In this document: piece after piece, positions 56,203 through 64,000 of the stretch
Position numbering within the stretch: the first letter of the stretch is position 1
How the letters are laid out: every line of letters starts with the position of its first letter
NCBI GenBank assembly: GCA_021463485.1
Contig: JAJTYJ010000001.1
Coordinates: 139,932 to 203,931, forward strand
Length of the DNA stretch: 64,000 nt
From: a bacterium
GTDB lineage: Bacteria; Patescibacteriota; UBA1384; 2-12-FULL-50-11
Direction of reading: 5' to 3'
The notes under the pieces: generated by a model
Told to the model about the DNA's origin: nothing
The model's input: only the letters and a program-made list of their open reading frames with translations
The model's database searches: none
Made by a program: the position numbers and the translations under genes

Positions 56203-57687
56203 ATGCGCGCGAGGGGAAACTTGGCCTGGTTACTAGCTCTGTTTATGTTGCTCCAATTATTTCCTGTGCCTGTCCTAGGACAGGCGGGAGAAGTTCGAGA
56301 AGGGGCTTTCGGCCAGGCTTGTACCGCAGATTATTACCGCGAGGGGATCAACGTTACAAAAAGCACGTTTAGGGTGGAAGAGGCAGAAAGCGGATCAGTA
56401 CCGAACAAGATCTACCTCTTTATGACCACCAACCGCGGCAGAACTTGCCGTGATATTCTTAGACCAAAGAACGACAACATCCCTCGTAGCGAGTTTGAAA
56501 ACCCGAGTAGCCTAGGCAGTGGGACTCGGTTTACGTCATTTCAGAGTGGAATAATGCCCAAATACTTTGTGTTGCATGGTCGCCGCGCAACTGGACAAAG
56601 GATCGAAAAGAATTTTGAAGTTTCCATCATAGTTGATACCGACCCTAACTCTTCTACGTACGCGTACACAAGGGGTGTTTACCTGAGAAATGAAAGTAAT
56701 GATGTTTTACCTTGGTTGGGCTTGGGCGGCTTTCATGAGGTAATTAACGGCCCGTATATGGATTGGCCCACTTTTAAGAGTAGGTATAACGAGAACAATA
56801 TGGCTAACGATATCTCGCGCGAGCATTTCCGAACTTTCAAACCGATACTTGACGGCTTGCACTCGATGACGGGAAGGCTTGTTAAAGGGCTCACCCTCGG
56901 GGAAGAGACCACTAATAACGTTAAGCTGGAGGGTAACCTAGATATTGACTTTACTGGTTCGGAGTTAGAGGCAGCCAACGTCCGGGATGACGTTGGCCCA
57001 TTTAAGGGATTACGGGATCGGCTGCCAAACCTCGGCGATGGTGAGTTAAAAATCGCGCTTTGGTTCCGTAATCCAGATTACTTCCTTGGCTACTCATTAA
57101 AGGAAACAATAAGTATTCCTCTTCGAGCCGGCGAGAAGTCGACTGGAAAGTTTTCTCTTAATAAAAAACTTTTAACCGGCGAGTATTTCGCAACGGGCGC
57201 TGTAGACATAAAGACCGATGCAACCGTCCAAGCAGCTGGGGAGACTCTATTAGTCGAACCGATTGGTAAACCAATAGACCTATCGCAATACGAACGCCAA
57301 CTTTCAGAAGTCGAAGCTAGTCTGACCAACGATAACGTCTCTCAATACTACGTCGGGATAACAGGAGAAGGTCGTACAGCAGTGTTCTTTGGTTTAGATA
57401 AGTTCACCGTCGAGAAGGAGACAACTCAGATTACCACTAACCCAGTTATGAAATTACTAAGCGAAACCCCTTCGGACGGCTCCTTGACTGTTGGGAATGA
57501 CGAGTGCGGTATCTTCAGTATTATCGCCGCGGGTGACATCGGGGAAATTTTCTCAAAAATGATCGACTGTATGTTCAAGAGAGTCTTTAGACCTATGATC
57601 GACTGGGCAGCTGATCTTGTTCAGAAAGCGGCTGGTGTTTCTTGGGGTCCAGAGCCTGCAATCCATCGAAAGCAATTATTAGTATGA
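56203..57687 (+). CDS. Exported hypothetical protein heading the T4SS-like operon
   Basis: Signal peptide, beta-rich body, C-terminal Cys pair plus amphipathic helix; TATGCT 6 nt before ATG. Confidence 0.7.
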   Translation: MRARGNLAWLLALFMLLQLFPVPVLGQAGEVREGAFGQACTADYYREGINVTKSTFRVEEAESGSVPNKIYLFMTTNRGRTCRDILRPKNDNIPRSEFENPSSLGSGTRFTSFQSGIMPKYFVLHGRRATGQRIEKNFEVSIIVDTDPNSSTYAYTRGVYLRNESNDVLPWLGLGGFHEVINGPYMDWPTFKSRYNENNMANDISREHFRTFKPILDGLHSMTGRLVKGLTLGEETTNNVKLEGNLDIDFTGSELEAANVRDDVGPFKGLRDRLPNLGDGELKIALWFRNPDYFLGYSLKETISIPLRAGEKSTGKFSLNKKLLTGEYFATGAVDIKTDATVQAAGETLLVEPIGKPIDLSQYERQLSEVEASLTNDNVSQYYVGITGEGRTAVFFGLDKFTVEKETTQITTNPVMKLLSETPSDGSLTVGNDECGIFSIIAAGDIGEIFSKMIDCMFKRVFRPMIDWAADLVQKAAGVSWGPEPAIHRKQLLV

Positions 57688-59846
57688 AGCGAAGTGTGAC
57701 TAAGCCATACATTTTTTACCTGGTATTTTTCATTTTGCTAATCTTGCCTATCACCGTGTTCGCCCAAGATTCTGGTGGTAGCACTACTGGGCCAGCAGGG
57801 TTTGGGAGCCCGCTCGGTGCGTTAATCTCAGAAGAAACCGGCTTCGTTTACCAGGCCTGGCGAGTAACTAGAAGCGTCATCAATATATTGCTTATTATCG
57901 CCCTATTCGCGATTTCTTTTTCCAACATTACTCGTATCAATATCGATACTTACACTATTAAAAAAGCGTTACCAAACTTAATTATTGGGATAATTCTGGC
58001 TAACGCCAGTCTATATATCATCAGGTTTATGTCCGATATCACCACCGTAGTTACCTACTTTTTTGTTAACCAAGTTGGATCAACGACATTTGCCGATTTC
58101 ATTGGTGACACAGCCGAGTTAATAGGAAGAAACACCCTCGAGACAATTGGTTGGGGAGTCGGATTGCTCGCACCGCTGTTAATATTCTTGTTCGCTCTTG
58201 TTACGATTATTGGTTTATTATGGCTAGCGTTTCTGCTCTACTTCCGGCTAGTAGCAATCTACCTGCTCACAATTCTCTCTCCGCTAGCATTCGTCTCTTA
58301 CGGTATTCCTGGTTTCGACAAGTACTTTAAACAGTGGTGGCAGCAGTTTACTAAGTGGTTATTTATCCTTCCGGCAATGTCGGCCGTTTTCTGGCTAATG
58401 CTGGTTATTGGGGAGGCTGGGGAGAACGAAAGTATCGCGCGTCTCCTTATCATGTATGTTCTGTTTTTCACCGCTTTAACGTTGCCAAGCAAGATGGGTG
58501 GCGCTGTCATCGATAAAGCTTCAAAGGCGTTTATGAAATATACGGGTGCCGGCGCAGCAAAACAGGGGGCGATAGAGACGGCTGGGCGTACTGGGCAACA
58601 GCTAGCGCTCCGAGCACCGCTATACGGTCGACTTAAAAAGTCGATGGAATTTGCAAAAAAAGCGCAGGAACAAGATATAAAAAATTTACAAACATCTGCT
58701 GAAAGTAAGGCAATGCGGGGGCGCAATTACCGGAAATTCGCCCGTACAACCAAACGCGGCGAGGAGTTATCTAACTACTTGGCAGCCGAACAAGCTAAGG
58801 CGAACACAAAGGCTGGGGAGGGCAAGCTTGCCAACTTCTTAGACCGACTGCAGCGCCGAGGCGGTTCTCTACCAGAGCGCCAAATATCCTCTGCCTACAA
58901 CAAAGGTTTGGAAGAGGCTCGAGAAAAGATAGAGATGAATCGAAAAAGAGTTGCCTTTACCAAAAACGATGACAACAAGAAACTCATGGAGCAATTCGCG
59001 GCAGCAAGTTCTAAAGACAAAGCATTTGCTGACGCAGTACAGAGCGCTGAGCGTGAAGTTACTGGCATCTACACAACGGGGCGCAAGGACGTTATTAGTA
59101 AGCTTCGAGAGGCTGGCGATATCGCTGGAGAAATCGACAAGATCGAGAAGAAACCAGAGTCCGAACGAACCGATGAAGAAAAGGGCGATTTAACTTTCTG
59201 GAAATCTTACCACTCCGAGTTATTAGCAGACCTAGAGAAGCTTAAGGTCGGTCACGACGACTTGGCCGGCATGAGCGCCGAAGATATGGTACAGAAATAT
59301 CAAACCGATAAAACCTTCTCGACTCTGGTGAAGGCTGAGGAGAAACGGCAGGCCAAGGCCTTTAATGAAGGGATTAAAGCTCAGAACGAGGACACGCTCG
59401 CCGATGGGAGCGTTAAAAGTATCCTTAAGGATATCAACGAAGGCCTTAAGGATCTTAACGAGACTGAACGCGCTAATCTTAAAAAGAAGTTCTTTAACAG
59501 CGACACAATTGGAATGGATGCAAAGTTCCAAAACACGTTAATTAAAAACATCCAAGCGCTAAAAGATATCGGCAAAAATCAGCGCGACACCCGAAGCCCA
59601 GAAGCACTGCGGGAACTCGCTAGCATGATTATGAAAGATGGCGAGAAACCAATCGTTGTTAAGAGCAGAACAACTGGCGAAGAACACACGTTTGATAATT
59701 TTGATGAATTCCAGTCGAAACTATTTAGTGGTGATAAGGATAAGAAGCTAACCACACAAGATATGAAAAACGCCGTACTATCCCACGACTCAGTTTCTGG
59801 CACCCCGGCTTCACATCTAGGAAAGGTCCCAAAGAAAGATGACTGA
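57684..59846 (+). CDS. VirB6/TrbL-like polytopic membrane protein with a long charged C-terminal tail
   Basis: AWRVTRSVINI, IKKALPNLII, ILSPLAF...PG...WW TM motifs typical of CPR VirB6-like proteins; start reassigned to MKRSVT (ATGA overlap). Confidence 0.7.
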   Translation: MKRSVTKPYIFYLVFFILLILPITVFAQDSGGSTTGPAGFGSPLGALISEETGFVYQAWRVTRSVINILLIIALFAISFSNITRINIDTYTIKKALPNLIIGIILANASLYIIRFMSDITTVVTYFFVNQVGSTTFADFIGDTAELIGRNTLETIGWGVGLLAPLLIFLFALVTIIGLLWLAFLLYFRLVAIYLLTILSPLAFVSYGIPGFDKYFKQWWQQFTKWLFILPAMSAVFWLMLVIGEAGENESIARLLIMYVLFFTALTLPSKMGGAVIDKASKAFMKYTGAGAAKQGAIETAGRTGQQLALRAPLYGRLKKSMEFAKKAQEQDIKNLQTSAESKAMRGRNYRKFARTTKRGEELSNYLAAEQAKANTKAGEGKLANFLDRLQRRGGSLPERQISSAYNKGLEEAREKIEMNRKRVAFTKNDDNKKLMEQFAAASSKDKAFADAVQSAEREVTGIYTTGRKDVISKLREAGDIAGEIDKIEKKPESERTDEEKGDLTFWKSYHSELLADLEKLKVGHDDLAGMSAEDMVQKYQTDKTFSTLVKAEEKRQAKAFNEGIKAQNEDTLADGSVKSILKDINEGLKDLNETERANLKKKFFNSDTIGMDAKFQNTLIKNIQALKDIGKNQRDTRSPEALRELASMIMKDGEKPIVVKSRTTGEEHTFDNFDEFQSKLFSGDKDKKLTTQDMKNAVLSHDSVSGTPASHLGKVPKKDD

Positions 59847-60612
59847 TCGAATTTGGAACGAAACCGAGGATCAGGTTATCCTACAAATCCAACAACTGCT
59901 TTACTACGGCGACGGAGATATTTTTACTCAGGTCCAAACGCTATTGGGTTCGGTTGGCGACGAAGTCAGACAAGAGCTGTTTGAGTCCGCGTTGTCACAA
60001 GTTAGATATGAGCAGGCAGAGCGTAGGAGGTTTATTTGCGAACAATATCTATTTAACAGCGAACAACTTAATCGAACACAACAGGAAGGATTTATTAGAA
60101 GTTTATACGGAACCGGGATTGATCAGCCGATACCAACAACAGAATCGAATATTGTAGCGCCAGGCGGCCAATTAAAACAAAGCACAATAACAAAAAATGT
60201 GTTTGAGCAGCTAGCGTTATATCAAAGGGTGGAAGATAACATCGCGAACTACTACCAGCGCAAAAATAGCCTCGAGCTTGTTGCTCCCTACTATAACTCT
60301 CTAAAGCAGGCAACAAAGGAGCAGCGCCTCGCTCTTTACGGTGGAATCGAACAATTCTTTTCTGGGTTAGCAGCCTACGGCAACAACCCGCCATTTAACC
60401 ATATCACCATACCAAATAGTTTAGTGGCGATGCTAGAATCCTTAGGTTTAGCAGGCTCCCTCGAACGATTTGAGATGTTCGGTGAACAGTTAAACTTTTT
60501 AGTTCGGCTAAAACGCATTATTGAAGCGCTTGATGCGGTAGAGAATAAACAAGTCTCCGAGGAAACCGCAATCACCGCAACTGGTCTCTACTTACAACAG
60601 TACGGTAGCTAA
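59839..60612 (+). CDS. Hypothetical helical protein in the T4SS-like operon
   Basis: 257-aa ORF overlapping the upstream stop, same strand as its neighbours. Confidence 0.65.
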   Translation: MTDRIWNETEDQVILQIQQLLYYGDGDIFTQVQTLLGSVGDEVRQELFESALSQVRYEQAERRRFICEQYLFNSEQLNRTQQEGFIRSLYGTGIDQPIPTTESNIVAPGGQLKQSTITKNVFEQLALYQRVEDNIANYYQRKNSLELVAPYYNSLKQATKEQRLALYGGIEQFFSGLAAYGNNPPFNHITIPNSLVAMLESLGLAGSLERFEMFGEQLNFLVRLKRIIEALDAVENKQVSEETAITATGLYLQQYGS

Positions 60613-60658
60613 CTGGCGCCTAGTATACTGATACGGTAGATTGTAACTATGGGGGGAA

Positions 60659-61075
60659 ATGCAATTTAAAGTTCCTCAGAATATAGATATGCAGGACCGA
60701 ATTATTGGTCCGCTAACCTTGAGCCAATTTTTCTACTTACTCTTTGGCGGACTAATTATCTATATTTTATTTAGCAAATTAGTTCTAAGCGGCTTCTCTT
60801 TTCTCTTTTGGATTTTAGCCATCCCGATCGGGGTATTTAGCTTCTGTATGGCGTTTATAAAGATACAAGACCGGCCGTTCCCTGTTTTCTTTATGGCGAT
60901 GGTTCGCTACATGTCTCAGCCTCGAGCTCGAGTTTGGCAACACTACACCCCGGCGCAACAATCTCGACCAGTAAAACAAACTAAAAAAGTTGAGCAACAA
61001 CCAAAGAAAGCGCTTGATCCGATTCGGGTTAACGAACTAGCTAGTGTTTTGGACGATCCGGAGACTAAACAATAA
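60659..61075 (+). CDS. PrgI-family (VirB3-like) protein
   Basis: QFKVPQNIDMQDRIIGPLTLSQF, two TMs, QDRPF...PRARVW. Confidence 0.85.
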   Translation: MQFKVPQNIDMQDRIIGPLTLSQFFYLLFGGLIIYILFSKLVLSGFSFLFWILAIPIGVFSFCMAFIKIQDRPFPVFFMAMVRYMSQPRARVWQHYTPAQQSRPVKQTKKVEQQPKKALDPIRVNELASVLDDPETKQ

Positions 61076-61077
61076 CG

Positions 61078-63699
61078 ATGGCGAAAAAACCACAAATCGC
61101 TCCAACACAGAAGTATCTACAGATCGAACGAATTCGAGACGGTATTATCATCCTTAAAGACGGGCGCCTGCGAAAAGTAATTAAAGCCGTACCTGTTAAC
61201 TTCGATTTGAAAAGCGAGAACGAGAAAGAAGTGGCGGTTTATCAGTATCAAAGTTTTTTAAATTCGCTCAAGTTTCCTGTGGAAATTGTCGTGCAGTCAC
61301 GACGAGTCGACTTAGCGGCGTATATCGATAAAGTTGAACGCGCTAGTGCCGGCGAGATTAATGAGTTACTCCAAAGACAAGCTAAGGACTATTTAGATTT
61401 CGTCAAAACTCTAAGTGAGCAGATTAACATTATGGAGAAATCGATCTATATCGTTATTAGTCACACCGCTAAAGGCGCTGTCGAGAACGAAACGCTTATC
61501 GACAAAGTACTCAAACGAAAGAAGGTCGGCGTTACTGCGATCAGTGACGACGAATTTAAGGGTTATAAAGAAATACTCGAGGAGCGATCGCGCACAATTA
61601 GCGGTCGTCTGAACTCACTCGGCGTCACTACTAAAGAACTAGATACTAAAGAGATTATTGAACTCTTTTATAACACCTATAATCCAGAAGAATCGTATAC
61701 CCAGCACCTAAAAGACCCTGAGCAGTTTACGGCCCCAATCTTGGAGCACGGCCAAAAACTGCTCGAGGAAGCGACGAATAAAAACGCACCGCAATCCGAC
61801 GTTAAGTTACAACAAGCGCAAGCGGCACCAAACCCAGAAAAAACGGCAAACGCTCCGACTAAGGAGGAGATCGAGCTAGCTAACCCGTCGGCGATGAAAA
61901 AGACCACCGTCAGCGAGATATTCGGCAAGTTGGGCGTCAAGCATAGCGACCCAACGAGTACCGATGAGGTGTTACGTCAGGGTGTAGCTAGCGTGTTAGA
62001 CATTATCGCACCAGGCGGTATGAATATCACGCCGAACTATATCCAGCTCGGCAGCTTCTTTGTTCGAACGCTTTTTGTCTACACGTACCCACGATACTTA
62101 CAGGCAAACTGGCTTTCACCGATTATTAACTACGACGCAACGCTCGACATTAGTATGTTTATTTATCCGATCGAGACGAACGTGTTACTCGGACAGCTTC
62201 GTCGAAAAACTACGCAGCTCCAGTCGAGCTTACAGATAGAAGCTGAGAAAGGACTTGTGAGAAATCCTGAGCTTGAGACTGCCGTCGGCGATATCGAAGA
62301 GCTTCGCGACACATTACAAAAAGGTGAGACTCGGCTTTTCCAGATGAGTCTTTACTTCACTTTGTACTCCACCTCGATCGACGAACTAAATAAAATGTCT
62401 AAGCAATTCGAGGCGATCCTAGGTGGGCAACTAATTTACACCAAACAAGCGCTCCTACAGATGGAGCAGGGCTTTAATTCGACGTTACCGCTCGGCGACG
62501 ACCAATTGGATGTTGTTCGAAATCTCGACACCGCTTCACTCTCAACAACGTTTCCGTTTACCTCAGCTGAGCTGTCTCACCACGACGGCGTACTGTACGG
62601 CATTAATCTCCATAACAGCTCGTTGGTACTATTTGACCGCTTCAAAATGGAGAACGCTAATCAGGTTGTCTTCGCCAAATCCGGTGCCGGTAAATCGTAC
62701 GCCGTGAAGCTTGAAGCGATTAGATCGCTGATGCTTGGCTCTGAAGTAATCGTGATCGACCCAGAAAATGAGTACAAATCTTTAGCAGAAGCTGTCGGCG
62801 GCACCTACATTAACCTCTCGCTCAACTCGCAGCAAAAAATTAACCCATTCGATCTGCCAAAGTATCGAGAAGGAAGCGACGAGACCGGCGAGCAGCTCCT
62901 GCGTGCCACAGTAACGTCAGTTCATGGACTGGTTGCGCTAATGGCAGGAAGCCTATCCCCAGAGGAAGACAACCTACTGGATAAAGCGCTCTACGAAACG
63001 TACGCCCTTCGCGACATCACCACCGACGCCGCCACCCACTCAAATACTCCCCCCACACTGAGCGACCTTACGACAGTCCTACAAAATATGACGGGTACCG
63101 AGTCGCTCGTGAACCGGCTCGCTAAATACACCGACGGGAGCTTTGCCAGTCTCTTCAACGCCCAAACTAATATCGATATGAACAATAAAGTCACCGTCTT
63201 CTCGATTCGGGATATGGAAGAGGAGCTGCGGCCGATCGCGATGTATATGGCGTTAAATTACATCTGGAGCCGCGTTAAAAGCGATCTCAAGAAACGGATG
63301 ATGATTCTAGACGAGGGCTGGATTATGATGCGCTACGAAGATTCGGCGAAGTTTGTTAATGCGATCGCTAAACGCGCGCGTAAATACTACCTTGGTTTAA
63401 CTGTTATTAGCCAAGACGTTGAGGATTTTTTGAGCTCCAACTACGGCCGGTCGGTCGTTAACAACTCTTCGACGCAACTACTACTCGGGCAATCTACCTC
63501 CGCCATCGATAAAATTGCAGAGACCTTCAAGCTTACTGATGGCGAAAAGTTCTTTTTGACCGAAGCTGAGGTTGGGCAGGGGTTGTTCTTCGCTGGCAAT
63601 AATCGCGCTGCCATTCAAATCGTATCGTCGTACACCGAAGACCAGATTATCACCACCGATCCAAAGCAATTATTAGAGCTCTACGGAATAAGTGAGTAA
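61078..63699 (+). CDS. VirB4-like secretion ATPase with an additional N-terminal domain
   Basis: Walker A AKSGAGKS, IDPENEY, Walker B ILDEGW, RARKY, SQDVEDF. Confidence 0.88.
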   Translation: MAKKPQIAPTQKYLQIERIRDGIIILKDGRLRKVIKAVPVNFDLKSENEKEVAVYQYQSFLNSLKFPVEIVVQSRRVDLAAYIDKVERASAGEINELLQRQAKDYLDFVKTLSEQINIMEKSIYIVISHTAKGAVENETLIDKVLKRKKVGVTAISDDEFKGYKEILEERSRTISGRLNSLGVTTKELDTKEIIELFYNTYNPEESYTQHLKDPEQFTAPILEHGQKLLEEATNKNAPQSDVKLQQAQAAPNPEKTANAPTKEEIELANPSAMKKTTVSEIFGKLGVKHSDPTSTDEVLRQGVASVLDIIAPGGMNITPNYIQLGSFFVRTLFVYTYPRYLQANWLSPIINYDATLDISMFIYPIETNVLLGQLRRKTTQLQSSLQIEAEKGLVRNPELETAVGDIEELRDTLQKGETRLFQMSLYFTLYSTSIDELNKMSKQFEAILGGQLIYTKQALLQMEQGFNSTLPLGDDQLDVVRNLDTASLSTTFPFTSAELSHHDGVLYGINLHNSSLVLFDRFKMENANQVVFAKSGAGKSYAVKLEAIRSLMLGSEVIVIDPENEYKSLAEAVGGTYINLSLNSQQKINPFDLPKYREGSDETGEQLLRATVTSVHGLVALMAGSLSPEEDNLLDKALYETYALRDITTDAATHSNTPPTLSDLTTVLQNMTGTESLVNRLAKYTDGSFASLFNAQTNIDMNNKVTVFSIRDMEEELRPIAMYMALNYIWSRVKSDLKKRMMILDEGWIMMRYEDSAKFVNAIAKRARKYYLGLTVISQDVEDFLSSNYGRSVVNNSSTQLLLGQSTSAIDKIAETFKLTDGEKFFLTEAEVGQGLFFAGNNRAAIQIVSSYTEDQIITTDPKQLLELYGISE

Positions 63700-63701
63700 A
63701 A

Positions 63702-64000
63702 ATGGCCGGAGGGGATCCAAAAACACTACCACCACTAACACCAGAAGAGGAGTTCGACGATACCCCAGAGGAGCTCGTCGGACAGCTTAATGAACAAGAA
63801 GAGTCCGAGCCTGATCTTCAACAAGTCTGGGACGAGATTAGACAGCGCCGCAGCACTGAGTCGCCTACTAAAACGGACCCGATAGAAGCGACTAAGCGTC
63901 AGGAGTTGCATCAGAAGGAACTAGAGCGTTCTCAGCAAATAGCCGACAAAGTGAAAACCGGCAAGCAAGTTGCCCAGAAAACTGTTACTAAGGGCTCGGA
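63702..64000 (+). CDS. Hypothetical acidic/coiled-coil protein, 5' part only (runs off the window)
   Basis: ATG 2 nt after the VirB4 stop; frame MAGGDPKTLPPLTPEEEFDD... stays open to the window end. Confidence 0.65.
   Translation, partial: MAGGDPKTLPPLTPEEEFDDTPEELVGQLNEQEESEPDLQQVWDEIRQRRSTESPTKTDPIEATKRQELHQKELERSQQIADKVKTGKQVAQKTVTKGS

Noticed and set aside
1-64000. CRISPR array, DGR template/variable repeat pair, rRNA, or alternative genetic code
   Set aside because: There are no regularly spaced repeats, no reverse transcriptase and no rRNA-like tract. The echo duplicates differ at synonymous positions of all four bases rather than only at adenines. TGA serves as a normal stop in conserved genes such as recA, dnaG and valS.

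Overview
This 64 kb window is bacterial chromosome that looks like Patescibacteria (CPR), judged from its compact gene set, DUF5663-like and PrgI/VirB4-like genes, a short ValRS and the standard genetic code. It carries many housekeeping genes (rmuC, lysS, pgeF, dnaG-rpoD, ppsA, ftsK, recA-recX, rnj, udg, rpsO-pnp, nrnA-like, rpsT, lepB, holA, polA, murE, femX-like, tsaD-valS), one tRNA-Ser(GGA), redox and stress genes, two clan GH-A glycosidase-like surface proteins, and the start of a T4SS-like locus at the right end. I saw no CRISPR array, rRNA, integrase or transposase. Four patterns stand out. (1) Three conserved genes (lysS 3' end, ftsK 3' end, tsaD 5' end) each have a synonymously recoded duplicate of their terminus right beside them, and each duplicate lies in a tiny ORF. 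(2) Back-to-back twin hairpins sit in the tsaD duplicate spacer and, in frame, inside pgeF. (3) Many genes appear leaderless, with a TAnnnT hexamer exactly 6 nt before the start codon. (4) About nine orphan cassettes, mostly with their own leader, SD and terminator, interrupt the core gene order, usually tail-to-tail at a host stop codon. All product calls come from motif recognition only; no database searches were run.
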